Assembly (NCBI GenBank): GCA_037379345.1
Contig: CM074523.1
Location: 24,954,995 to 25,018,994, forward strand
DNA length: 64,000 bases
Direction: 5' to 3'
Source: Perna viridis
Taxonomy: Eukaryota
Within the stretch, counting starts at the first letter, position 1; every line of letters begins with the position of its first letter. A program made the translations under genes and the position numbers. The notes under the pieces are model-generated. The model worked only from the letters and a program-made list of their open reading frames with translations. It was not told the origin of the DNA and ran no database searches. This document shows, piece by piece, positions 55,101 to 64,000 of the stretch.

Positions 55101-58100
55101 ACTAGGAAAAATAATGGAATTTAATAATCACAAAATATTTCGGAGAATATGCAATAGGCCTACATGTATATGCTTGTGGTTACAAAAATAGGCTAAATGC
55201 CATTATTGTTTTTACTAAAATTGTAAAATTAACCATCTAATGGCACTGAGGAAATTTAACTTAGGACCTCTAATGTCAGCACTGTAACTGATGGAGCTTA
55301 GAGAGTCGACTTCATAGAAGCAGTAGATGCAGCCAGTGAATTGTATGGTAGTTGATGATTATGTCAGACATGTACATTTTGTATACTCCTGGGGGAGAAC
55401 ATTAAAATTTTACTCTCGAGAGTGTACATGTACATTGTATATTGGGCATGCTCATGAACAGCATGCAGTTCACATGAAAGGGTCTATACACAACATTGTA
55501 TTATAAGTCTGTGCATCAATTTACTTGCATACAAATGTACATGCATGTAGTATTTTTTTTAAGTTTAAGATTAGTTCCTGTGCCGTTTTGGCAAAATGTG
55601 TTTTGTACTTTATTTCAACTAGCTTCTGATGATTAGAAATTATTGTTATGAAGTTAATGATGGAGTAATCTATTTTCAATTATTTTGGGTTTAGACCTTT
55701 TTTTATGTATTTTATTTGTTTATCATAGACAGAATTTTATAAATACCTCACCATCATCACCTGACCAAGGTGTATAGAGGTACATATATCCTGAATGTTT
55801 ACAAATTGTTATAAAAACTGACTATTGAATACATTTTACAATACTAATGAAATATTTCAATATAAAATAGAAGAAAGACCTTTTCCCCAAAAATTAGTTT
55901 ATTCCTTGTTTGCTGTTATTGAAATATTGAAATGTATGTTTTCCACAAACAAAATTGATATACTGATAGATGTTTCCAATTTACATTGGTCTCCTCTTTC
56001 CTTACTTGGGTGACATGCACAGACTTATAATACAGACAACAGGTCTAAATAAACGGGGTGTGAAGGGGCGAACACTAATTTCATTTGTTTTTAATAATTT
56101 TTATTACATATTCTGTAATGGAACAGATTTCCCTTTCCACTAATGTCTTGTTAAAGCAAAGATTCAAATATTTCTTCCCCCAAAGTCTCTCAGAGTCCTT
56201 AGGCTTAGTGACCCAGACCTATAATAAAAATTTTCACCTAGTTTACCTTTTCCCAAGGTTAAACGTCTGGGCTAGTAGACCTTAAGACCTTTGTTATGTA
56301 CCACTACATATATGTATATTGTTTTTTTAGTTTCACACCACCACAATGCATGTGATCAGTAAGGGATAAGTATTTGCTCATTTCTCCCTCTATATTAAGT
56401 CATATCATCTCTGAAATGCTTAATTAATATAAGGTTTTAACGGAGATTGGATTATATTTTGATTCAGGAAGCGATAACAAGAAGAAGAAATCCTTAAACT
56501 CTGCCAAATATTCTGGCGTTCAGTAACTTCAGAGCTGACTCGTGATTCCATGAAAATATTAACATTCAATGAATTGGAATAGCTAGAGATGCGAATTTTA
56601 GTTGACAAGTTTTATTTTTGTCTCTGTTTTACTCTATTTACAAACATTTCAAGTTCAAGAAATCTTACGATTTGTCCTCCATGATCTGTCAGGTGCTTGA
56701 ATGTTACGACGAATCTAATTGGTCGGATAATATTGGGTTGGCGAATGAAAAGTTTGCTTGTAACGAAAAATCCCTTATCGATCGGGGGTCTAAATGAGTA
56801 ACTGATGAATCATGAGGCTACTAAGGGGTGGTAAAATTTGAAACGGTATATTGTTGATTAAAAAATAACAGCCTGATGATATGTAAAGAAATGGGTAGAT
56901 CTAAACTATTATATAGATATCATTTGGTAGATAATATCCTGAGATATACCTGCAATATTGATGATTATTTTCGTAAGATAAAGTCCCTGTTTATTCTTAG
57001 AAAGATAAATCTGTAATTAAGTACAGGTATATGCTAGAAAGCATGATTTTTCCTGGTATCTGAAATCTATTTTCCATGTTAGAAAATATGAATTTTCCTG
57101 GTATTTGTAGTATATATTTTCCATGTTAATCTAATAACATTGCCGTTGTCGAGAGAGTAATCAAGGGAACCAAGGTTATAGCGGTAATCAAAAGAATGTA
57201 ATCCTGGGACAAAGACCAGACATGGGAAAGAGACATACACAACAAAGAACATAAAGTCACTAAAATCATACATACAAAGTAACAAAAGTAAATGAGCAAC
57301 TCGGACTCCACTAAAACTGACAGCATGGACCAGGTGCACTGGTAGGGTAAGCCTCCTCTGCTTTTCTAGAAACACCCGCCGAGTTACTCATAAACAGTCA
57401 AGTCCGGGTTAGACAAACGAGGAAAGGAAAACTATGACCCGTTGAATAAATCAATTTTCGAGCAGTCTTTTCAGTGAAATGTAAGAAAGGTGTGCACACT
57501 CAAAGGAAGTTTAAATTAAAGAATTAAATACATTTCATTATATACTATATATGCACATATCTTTGTCGAACTACTATACACGTATATTATATTTTTTTTA
57601 TCTGCGCCATGAAAACTGATTTGCTCAACGTGTCATAGTTTTCATCTCCTCTTTCGTCTACCCTGGACTTGACTTTTTATGAGCAACTCGGTGGGTGTTT
57701 CTAGAAAAGCAAAGGACGCTTACCCTACCGGTGTACCTGGTCCATGCTCCCAGTCCGAGTTGCTCATTTGCTTTTGTTATTTTGTATGTACGTATGATTT
57801 TAGTTCCGTTATGTTCTTTGTTTTGTGTATGTCTGTTTTCCATGTCTGGTCTTTGTCCCTAAATTACAATATTTTGATTACCGCTCTAACATTGGTTCCC
57901 TTGATTACTCTTTCATATGATATCTCGTAAGGACACAGGAGATTGTCAATACTATCCTTAAAAATACTCCCTGCCCTTGGTAAATATAATCTTAGAATAA
58001 TAAATTTTGTTTTATGCGACCAAATTTTTAAAATGACACTCTGAGATACATGTACCGGCGCAAACAGAATTTGTCGATTTAGGACCCGCCCCAATATATT

Positions 58101-59472
58101 TTTTTTCTAATTATGATATAGAACCAGAGAAGTAGCAAAATATACAACAAATCAAACTTAATCAAAAGCGTATGCGCAAACCAAACATATTAAGTACCAT
58201 AGCAGACAAAATCAAAATCGGAAAAGATCCGATATAATAGGATACATTATTGTACTTTTCCAAAACGGGAATTCGAAGGGTTATAGATACGCAGACCAAA
58301 TCAACAAATAGCCACGTCATACACTAAGCACATAATACCGTACAGTACGCTAAAAAACATAAAATTTGGAGAAATTGTCCTGCCTAATCAGCACTATCGT
58401 TAACAGCTGATTTGTTTTGAAGCACTAACTTTAAATTAACGCAGAGGCAGATTCACGATTATTTCAGATATGGGATGCATTTGGAAAATGCGATATAAGC
58501 GAAGCAATGAGAAAAAACTGAGGAAAGGTAGTGAAAATGAAGAATTAATACAATTTCAATTTTCTAAATTAAGAACTATCTAAGGCCCAGTTGAATCAAA
58601 TTATGTCCTAGCCATGCTTATTCCTATGAAAGTTACCATAAAAGCTTATTCAGAATTGAAAATTGACGACCCACGGCTGCACTTAAACCAAGTACCCTCC
58701 AGTGTATGAAATTATGGAATAGAAGGTATACATCGCGAGTATATAATAATGCCAAGTATATTACAAACTGAATTGTCAGCCCAATCTGCGGAAAGCTCAG
58801 TAAAGCTTGCACTTTTAAGCATCATTTCTTTAAAATCAATACAAAATTTTGACCTATCATAGTAAGGTAAGTAAGTCATGTGATTACATGCGATAAATTA
58901 AATATATTTCGCTCAGACTGTCCGTCTGTCTGTACGCATATTTTAAAATGGCTGAAAATTAATCCGTGACTTTATATATTAGTAAATTAACAGTAAGTTA
59001 AGAGTTTCGACTATTCTTGCTGGAAACTCCCAAGTGCGAAAATACCTTTAGTTTCAATCATGACCTGGAAGTACAAGTGAAAACGCTTCTACAAAATCAT
59101 GTCCAAATAAGGTCTAGCAATTTTCGAAAATTATATTATTTTACTTGTCAATATTCAAACATTTTCAATCGTTCATGAAGTCATATAGAAATAAAAAAAA
59201 TACAAAAACATCTAGCTGCTTTTAAAGAAAGAAAAAATCACACCAATTTAAGGAATAAAGAATAAAGCTTTAAGTTTCAGAGTGAAGGAGAATATGTAAA
59301 GGGGTGTCTGGAATATTAAAAAAAGCATTACGCCATAAATTTCTTTCGGTAACAAAATTTTGTGATTTAAAATAAAATTGTTCGTCTATACACTGCCCTC
59401 CAACCATGAATATTTAATCTACAATGTGAAACAACTTACCCTATTTATTCGTCCACCATCTACGATGCACAT
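1094..59472 (-). CDS. TRAK1: Trafficking kinesin-binding protein (TRAK1/TRAK2/Milton orthologue), multi-exon gene span; 3' end possibly outside the window
   Basis: 17 exons join in consistent phase with GT-AG sites. The product has family motifs [85 protein letters not shown] and [26 protein letters not shown], recognised from vertebrate TRAK1/2 and fly Milton. Confidence 0.95.
2108..2207 (-). CDS. TRAK1: TRAK exon [33 protein letters not shown]
   Basis: 100 nt, phase 1 to 2, strong acceptor. TFT...HPS motif as in TRAK/Milton. Confidence 0.88.
2843..3001. mobile_element. MITE with TTAA target and GGAGGTAGACC TIRs (Kolobok-like)
   Basis: ttaa-ggaggtagacctatggtaagggac ... gtcccttaccctaggtctacctcc-ttaa. 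Confidence 0.85.
3111..3257 (-). CDS. TRAK1: TRAK exon [30 protein letters not shown]...LSDLEED
   Basis: 147 nt, phase 1 to 1, WQQLA.P..GG...RPGV motif. Confidence 0.96.
4098..4261 (-). CDS. TRAK1: TRAK exon SETEGSTPG...[15 protein letters not shown]
   Basis: 164 nt, phase 2 to 1, LPEKL.IVKPLEGS motif. Confidence 0.96.
4560..4875. repeat. Old dispersed repeat, second copy ~36290-36660
   Basis: Shared aagcagtaaaaa...tgtcacaga.gcttctggataaat...aaatagctttt...cattgcc.ga.tctt. Confidence 0.7.
5015..5155 (-). CDS. TRAK1: TRAK exon [27 protein letters not shown]...
   Basis: 141 nt, phase 2 to 2, Milton-domain motif PG.PGS.DLE.AL.RL. Confidence 0.96.
6614..6845. repeat. 32-bp minisatellite, about 7 copies
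   Basis: Unit atgtatttattgggaaatgtactctgcaatac. Confidence 0.92.
7445..7660 (-). CDS. TRAK1: TRAK exon [15 protein letters not shown]...GSDLDGLY
   Basis: 216 nt, phase 2 to 2, conserved KRVFETV-like motif. Confidence 0.92.
7950..8175 (+). mobile_element. PLE 3' UTR fragment
   Basis: Matches 39340-39560 (gtttctagaaa..gcttaccctacc..gcacct). Confidence 0.8.
8310..8533 (-). CDS. TRAK1: TRAK exon [28 protein letters not shown]...[11 protein letters not shown]...PAER
   Basis: 224 nt, phase 0 to 2, end of HAP1_N plus a DSLAAEIE-like motif. Confidence 0.94.
8558..8781. mobile_element. Second TTAA MITE copy, opposite orientation
   Basis: Same TIRs and interior. A further partial copy lies at ~33481-33690. 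Confidence 0.85.
9163..9375. mobile_element. TA-CTGT...ACAG-TA type MITE with ttcgtgga subrepeats
   Basis: Relatives at ~6868-7080, 19490-19697, 37467-37660 and 44820-45031. Confidence 0.65.
9389..9463 (-). CDS. TRAK1: TRAK exon [25 protein letters not shown]
   Basis: 75 nt, phase 0 to 0, ttgcag / gtatgt. Confidence 0.93.
9915..10045 (-). CDS. TRAK1: TRAK exon [20 protein letters not shown]...[21 protein letters not shown]
   Basis: 131 nt, phase 1 to 0, QQEEIT.LL.QIVDLQ-type motif. Confidence 0.94.
10652..10971 (+). mobile_element. PLE 3' UTR copy with a duplicated terminal ~35 bp
   Basis: Close match to 39340-39620. Confidence 0.88.
10995..11073 (-). CDS. TRAK1: TRAK exon [26 protein letters not shown]
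   Basis: 79 nt, phase 0 to 1, YEEKE..LV.DCV motif. Confidence 0.94.
11261..11348 (-). CDS. TRAK1: TRAK exon [29 protein letters not shown]
   Basis: 88 nt, phase 2 to 0, LQKK..LEEEN motif, donor GAG|gtttgt. Confidence 0.92.
11520..11782. mobile_element. Palindromic MITE, TA-CACAGGCAAA...TTTGCCTGTG-TA, built from TTCACATGAA subrepeats (CACTA/CMC-like)
   Basis: TIRs visible. Other copies at 20003-20243, 35635-35860 and partially 63310-63430. Confidence 0.85.
12332..12429 (-). CDS. TRAK1: TRAK exon [20 protein letters not shown]...DDECL
   Basis: 98 nt, phase 0 to 2, resembles TRAK VSQLRHELSMKDELLQFYT. Confidence 0.92.
14178..14366 (+). mobile_element. PLE 3' UTR fragment
   Basis: Same family, same 3' end ttgattactct. 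Confidence 0.85.
14405..14521 (-). CDS. TRAK1: TRAK exon [16 protein letters not shown]...LNIVIDK
   Basis: 117 nt, phase 0 to 0, HAP1/TRAK signature [13 protein letters not shown]. Confidence 0.97.
15899..15919 (-). CDS. Candidate alternative first coding exon MDLLISI, splicing to [10 protein letters not shown]
   Basis: gaaaATGG preceded by an in-frame TAG, donor ATA|gtaagt, phase 0. CCAAT (~16240) and ATGCAAAT (~16280) lie upstream. Confidence 0.45.
16958..17034 (-). CDS. TRAK1: TRAK exon [26 protein letters not shown]
   Basis: 77 nt, phase 1 to 0, ttgcag / gtaagt, near-invariant family motif. Confidence 0.97.
18200..18450 (-). mobile_element. SINE-like interspersed repeat
   Basis: Shared core (gtccacagg...cagacac.ttgttctgactct) with 50530-50790, which has an (AATC)n tail on the minus strand, and with 10385-10635. 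B-box-like ggttcaatccc at the minus-strand 5' end. Confidence 0.6.
19010..19210 (+). mobile_element. PLE 3' UTR fragment
   Basis: Same family, same 3' end. Confidence 0.85.
19700..19798 (-). mobile_element. Degenerate PLE 3' UTR fragment
   Basis: Reverse complement match: ggactccactaaaaactgggag...ggtgcac...ctagaaacac. Confidence 0.7.
20003..20243. mobile_element. Second copy of the CACAGGCAAA MITE
   Basis: High identity to 11520-11782. Confidence 0.85.
20535..20553 (-). CDS. Candidate alternative first coding exon MINSLK, splicing to VLCGER
   Basis: Donor AAG|gtaata, phase 1, downstream of a CpG-retaining patch (20580-20920). Confidence 0.35.
22679..22763 (-). CDS. Candidate alternative first coding exon [28 protein letters not shown], splicing to VLCGER
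   Basis: aacATGG context, upstream in-frame stop, 28 codons plus G, donor AAG|gttatt. Phase 1 fits the 17034 acceptor. Confidence 0.55.
25960..26190. repeat. Dispersed ~230-bp repeat, copy 1
   Basis: Directly repeated at 27755-27990 (aaacgcatcatatgccaatctggaactgaaaac...tttcaacattttg). Confidence 0.85.
27755..27990. repeat. Dispersed ~230-bp repeat, copy 2
   Basis: See 25960. Confidence 0.85.
29210..29447. repeat. 61-bp minisatellite, about 4 copies
   Basis: tagtcc recurs at 29221, 29282, 29343 and 29401. Confidence 0.92.
30457..30693. mobile_element. GGGCGGATCCAG-type TIR element
   Basis: gggcagattcagg...cctggattcgcccctg, flanked by tctttc duplications. Relatives at ~25646-25822 and ~5663. 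Confidence 0.7.
34176..34391. mobile_element. MITE with 15-bp TIR CAGTGTTCTAGGATT and 6-bp TSD CTGTTG
   Basis: CTGTTG-cagtgttctaggatt...aatcctagaacactg-CTGTTG read directly. Confidence 0.85.
35635..35860. mobile_element. Third copy of the CACAGGCAAA MITE
   Basis: High identity, degenerate right TIR. Confidence 0.8.
37670..38010. repeat. 49-bp minisatellite, about 6-7 copies
   Basis: Unit tcaaatacaggactgaccagaagtgtcagattagagaggttccactgta. Confidence 0.93.
39069..39620 (+). mobile_element. 5'-truncated Penelope-like retroelement (probably Naiad-type): RT C-terminus plus 3' UTR
   Basis: Open frame 39069-39341 [37 protein letters not shown]...QGY...KFYG...TDVFNGS*, typical of the PLE RT thumb region. 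No C-terminal GIY-YIG. Ends at ttgattactct. Confidence 0.85.
39780..40355. repeat. ~225-bp tandem repeat, about 2.5 copies
   Basis: tactgtaa..caagttgtgta recurs at ~39811, 40035 and 40263. Confidence 0.85.
41343..41546 (-). CDS. TRAK1: TRAK exon [16 protein letters not shown]...[10 protein letters not shown] (start of HAP1_N)
   Basis: 204 nt, phase 1 to 1, canonical sites, strong similarity to TRAK1 DVCNSTNLPEVEIISLLEEQLP. Confidence 0.96.
45668..45992. mobile_element. Tc1/mariner-type MITE (TA-CAGTCAAAC...GTTTGACTG-TA)
   Basis: TIRs and TA target. Degenerate relatives at ~2345-2510, 16400-16580 and 32925-33130. Confidence 0.75.
47990..48640. repeat. ~33-bp degenerate minisatellite
   Basis: Unit gtgtacagattgctatagtgaaggtggcaata. 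Confidence 0.88.
49305..49460. repeat. 7-bp TGATCAN microsatellite
   Basis: tgatcagtgatcaatgatcactgatcgatgatcag... Confidence 0.88.
52638..52915. repeat. ~122-bp tandem repeat, about 2.3 copies
   Basis: aacgtgactctacacag at ~52638, 52760 and 52883. Confidence 0.92.
53408..53606 (-). CDS. TRAK1: TRAK exon [18 protein letters not shown]...ETKEIGVVT
   Basis: tttcag acceptor, G|gtaagt donor, 199 nt open (phase 0 to 1), joins in frame to EVCSS. Confidence 0.85.
54591..55037 (-). mobile_element. Penelope-like RT fragment, frameshifted, with an internal 3' UTR deletion
   Basis: [50 protein letters not shown]; same family as 39069. Confidence 0.85.
56560..56830 (-). promoter_or_regulatory. Putative TRAK promoter / short first exon (donor at 56669)
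   Basis: Abrupt CpG enrichment, two minus-strand CCAAT motifs (~56720, ~56734), donor ATC|gtaaga. Confidence 0.5.
57153..57459 (-). mobile_element. PLE 3' end copy
   Basis: Reverse complement of 39315-39620. Confidence 0.9.
57600..57911 (+). mobile_element. PLE 3' end copy
   Basis: Matches 39303-39620. Confidence 0.9.
59440..59472 (-). CDS. TRAK1: TRAK probable first coding segment [11 protein letters not shown] (exon 59440-59563 including 5' UTR)
   Basis: Acceptor ttttatttttcag at 59564, ATG at 59472, donor AGG|gtaagt. Phase 0 matches the next exon. No homology support. Confidence 0.55.
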
Positions 59473-60189
59473 TTTCACCTTTGTTTCTGGTTTATAGGGT
59501 TACTCAATGGTTACAAAATTGCACCAATGGTTTTCATATCATTTATAAAATTTGTTCGTATTCCTGAAAAATAAAACGTAAAACGTACCGATTTTTACCT
59601 CCAAAAATGACATTTTCAGTTTATACTTAGTATAAAAAAGTGGATCTTATTTTAAAGTAACGCTATCTGAATTAAAGCCTAAGACATTACATCCACTGTA
59701 CACGGAATGCAAATAAAAACTATATAAAACTTATTAACTTTAACAATAAAGTAACAGTAAATATATACAGGTTTCCAAACATTCATCAAGAAACATGCAT
59801 GCACGTGTAATGAAAATACAAAACCAGAAAATACAGCGACAATTAAAAAAAATATTCGATTTCAGCCATCTATATACATGTGGTTTTGTCTCTGTGTAAA
59901 GTCGGGAATCAAGGGGAATAATTCAACAAGTTAGCTGAGCAATTTTCAAGGCTTTGATGGCTAATACAACCTAATGCAACATAAAAAGCATTTTTATTTT
60001 CTTTAGAAATATATCCACCACAAATGAGCTGAAATAGAAATTCAACATGAGATGTAGTGTATACGGGAATAATGACAATGCTTTAAAGACTAATCTGGGA
60101 ACAAATAATAAAAGTTAAAATCAAAGTTATACGAATGTCATGAAAATGAGCTAAACAGACAAATTGAACCGCGGCAGAGGTTAACTTAC

Positions 60190-60360
60190 ACGCGCGTCTT
60201 CTGTATTTCTGTACCATACAAATATACATTTCACTTGATGTCGAGACAAATTGTGATCTTGATGAAAAATTAAGTTGCAACCGATTTACTATCAACTTGA
60301 TCGAACAGAACTGTCTGATATTCGGAGAAAGAAAATTAGCAGTGCAACGAGAATTTAGAA
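60190..60360 (-). promoter_or_regulatory. Putative distal non-coding first exon / promoter feeding the 59563 acceptor
   Basis: Donor GCGT|gtaagt at 60189 in a CpG-rich patch, which would give a 626-nt intron. Confidence 0.4.
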
Positions 60361-63300
60361 CGCCTATGGAAAAAAAGGTTTAACAAATAGATAATCAGAA
60401 GCTTTTAACACCAGTTGTATAAATAATCTTACACAGAATAACAGACATCAAAATTATAAGTATATTCAGAAAAGAATTTTTAAAACAGATGGCCGGTCTT
60501 AAAACTATCATTTAGTCACACTGCACTTATCTTAAAGTAAAAAGGTTATTGTCTTTGACCCTCTTTTCGTCTAATACAACGTCAAACAATGGAGGTAATG
60601 ATGACAATCAATATCTTGAAGTTACCTACGAAGGATTTAAAACAGTTTTAAGTTGTACGACCGAAATCATGAACTGTCGTTTGTCCCGCGATATAACATG
60701 AGCAACTCGACGAATAGAGGACTTGTACTAAACCAGCGCCATTTTTTTTTATTGAGTCCGGATACCTATTACCTATAGTTTTTTGTGTGTTTTTCGTTTT
60801 GGTGTCTGCATGTTGTTAGTTGTTTCGTTCTCGAATTTTACAATTTTGTCTATAGGTTCCTTTGAAAGGGTATAATTTTTGACTTCACATTAAACCTGGT
60901 TCATCTGGCTTGCACACTGAAGGGACTTGGTCTCTCACTTCTGACTGCACAGAAATGAAAAATAACACTAGATATTTTTCCTCCTAACTTAGTGCCTAGC
61001 ACCGTTCAATTTATGTTAGGTCAGAGGTCAGAAACAATTTGCTTTAACACTGAATCCAAAGTAGCCAATAACATATGTAACCTTCTACACCGAACCACAA
61101 ACAGACTGGGAACCTGTCTTCATCAGAGATACCAGATTCAATGCAAATAATACCCGTGTAAAACGACCATATGCCGTAACAAAACTATACCTTCAGTCTT
61201 ATAGATTTACGGTTTATGGATTTTTCACTGTATTAGTAAATCTATGGGCGACAAGAAACCAATCTTGCAACCATTGTTTTCATAAAAAAAAAAACAAAAA
61301 AAAAAAACAATCAAAACAATTAAAAACAAAAAAAATAAACAAGAACAACAAAAACAAACCAAAAACAACAAAATTAAAAAAAAACAAAAAAACAAGCAAG
61401 TAAACGATAGAACTTGTCAGTGGCGACCATTTTGAAGATGAGGATCGTCCTTAACGGAATATAAAACGAATGAATTGCCAAAAGACAAACAAAAATGGCA
61501 CAGACACAGACAAAACTAAACACAAAGCAACAAACATAAAGAAAAGGAGATGGTGATCCAACCCCTGACCCCCCCCCCCCCCCATGAACAATCCTATATA
61601 TTCCCTAACATAAAGGGATTTATGTTTTCGGTCAGGACAGCGTTGCAATTTTAATTTTGTTTAGGTTATCGAGCGTTTTTTTTTTTTTTTTTTGTGGTTT
61701 GATTTGGTTGTTTTTCTGACGCAGTCGGTATAGTTTCGCTTTTTATCCTTTGACATTAAAGACGCTCTTCCATGCAAACGCAAGTCACCTGACCTAAATT
61801 CTGTTTCTCGATTGGCCACATACTCTTAACTTAAGTGGCGTTCGAAAAACTGTATCGGAAATTCAAATTGCGTGCCATGTGTAATTTCCTGAATGAAATG
61901 TAGAAAATTATAAGTAAAAAGAACAAATTTTACTGCGTCGGCTATCTTTTTAAAAAAAAAAAAAGTAATTGTTTTTTCTTTCTTATCTTAAAACCAAATT
62001 AAGTTAATGATACAAAGCGGGAAACTGCTTTTATATACATGTCATGCAAGGCATTATCAATCAAACGGGTTTAAATTGATTAATTATTATAAAATAGTTC
62101 GGCTTAAGTAAATGAACAATTCTAAAGCGTAGATGGATTGTTTCGCAATGTATGCCGTATAAATTATTACACTATATAGCCATATTTAACAGTCAAGTCA
62201 GCTAACTTTAATGTGGTTCGCGAAAACTCATTATGCAACTGGCTTAAATCATATTCGTGAAAAACGAATTCGGTCACTTGTAAATGCTTCCTCTGTTTCT
62301 ATGCTGTCACATTACAAAAAAATATTTGAAAGTTATTTCTAGATCAATTTTCATAATTTTTTCACAAATGATAAAAGACGTATCTGAAATTTTGCCATTA
62401 ACTTTGAGAAATACTTTATCATTAAGGCACCAACTATTTTTATACAGAGGGGGTCTAGAGATTTTCTGAAAAAAAAAGTTATTCCAATTAAATTTGAGCG
62501 ATTTTTTTTTCTCAGCCGTGGATAGAAAAAATATTATGATTCAATATTCTTCCCATTACTTAACCCCTCGAGACGAAAATGGTCTGTACCTAAAACTGAA
62601 GGAATATTGGCACCTTAATCACCAAGACAAATGATGACGTAACTATTTTCAACTGAATTTTTGACACTGATTTTTTTTCTGTAAGAAATTTTCTGGCAAT
62701 TCTGAAAAAAAGACACTGTAGAACCACATCTAACTTATAAAGTTTAATTTTGACATTTTTCTCTTTAATGGTAAAATTTCGTCAAAAAGCAGTTGAAAAT
62801 ATTATTTTACATAGAAAGTAATGGGAAATTTAAGAGTGGCACGTCTCTGTAATTTCGAATAAAGAAAATTAAATAATTTAAAAAAAAAATAATGTTTTGC
62901 GTCAAATCAAACACTATTTGCTCATTGAAAATACTTATTCCTAATTTAATCTGTAAGATGACCGAAAACAAAATTCTCCCTACATTTGGTGTAATCTTAC
63001 TTCAGTAGTTTCAGCACGTTCATACGTGTATTTCTAGCTGTGCTGAAGCCCAGAAAGCTGTAATATCAAATTCTAATAGGACGTGCTTCAAAGCTCTTTA
63101 GACCTTAGTCATGGTACAAAAGTGATAAACACATGACCAACATTTCGTGCAACACATGGGCTGCATCTATTAAAAACTATGAACAAACTAGTCCTATTAG
63201 AATCGAAATAAATCACGGAAACTCCATTTTATCATTGTTTTACCAAGGGCTGGATATTAATGTCGCACCGAATTTGATTTATGTTTTACAAAAAGTTCAT

Positions 63301-64000
63301 AAAACAAAGAGATTTTTAGGCAAATTTCTCCTGATAATTGTTCATAAAATGATTTTCACATGTACTCACTTTCATTTGAGAAATATGCACGAATTTCACA
63401 TGAAATTATCATGAAAACATATCACATGTAATCCCTTAACAAGCGTACATGACATGTGCAAGGTACCATTCAAAAGTGCAAATATAATTGTGTGGAGCTG
63501 TCTTAAACATTTAGTTAAAAAATTGCGAAATATGCAAACATTGTTAGTTGAATGAAACTTTTTTCTATTCTTTCAATTTTAGGCCTGAAATTTTGTCTTT
63601 TATGCAAACAATCGAAGTCGTCTGGAAATATCAAATATTAACACAGCTTTTGTAAAGTGTAATAGATTTTTATGTAAATATATTATCTTTTTGTGCAAGA
63701 AAATCAAATATTTTCGGATCTGTAAAATATTCTGAAGTAATACAATTGGGGTAGTGTCGTAGTTTCAGCGCAATAAGGGCTATAATTGATAAAATAGACT
63801 GTAATATGCAGTGTTCGTTTAACAAATGAGAAGGTGCAGCAATATATTATTTATGATTCTTTAGCCTGACATAATTTTGAAATCTAACATTTGGAATAAA
63901 TTTAATGTAATGAAACTTTGGTTCTGTGTTTTGGGTCTATATAATTCAAAATATTTCATATTTTATTTTACTCATTTTTAAATTAATCTAGCTTTTAGGA

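Noticed and set aside
55752-55760. 9-nt microexon GTGATGATG
   Set aside because: Poor acceptor context, and not needed for frame continuity.
56420-56608. [16 protein letters not shown]... as the TRAK N-terminus
   Set aside because: No convincing donor before the stop; only weak gtcagc and gttact sites.
61100-61200. Hammerhead ribozyme (CTGATGA on the minus strand)
   Set aside because: No stem II followed by GAAA. At most a decayed Penelope pLTR end.

Overview
AT-rich eukaryotic genomic DNA. The repeat content looks like a bivalve mollusc (inference). Almost the whole window is one minus-strand, intron-rich gene for the kinesin-1/Miro mitochondrial adaptor TRAK/Milton (HAP1_N coiled coil followed by the Milton domain). 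I traced 17 phase-consistent GT-AG coding exons from about 59,472 down to about 1,094, giving about 714 codons; the gene either stops at 1,090 or continues off the left edge. The introns hold 3' fragments of a Penelope-like (probably Naiad-type) retroelement with a structured 3' end, several MITE families, SINE remnants and minisatellites. Most ORFs in the supplied track are spurious or repeat-derived. Three patterns stand out. (1) At least four exon/intron junctions have been tandemly copied into the adjacent intron, leaving decayed 'echoes' with intact or killed decoy splice sites. (2) At least three cryptic in-frame alternative first exons would give N-terminally different TRAK isoforms. 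(3) CpG depletion ends sharply near 56.5 kb, at a promoter-like region whose only ATG is out of frame. All coordinates were read by eye; repeat boundaries are approximate.
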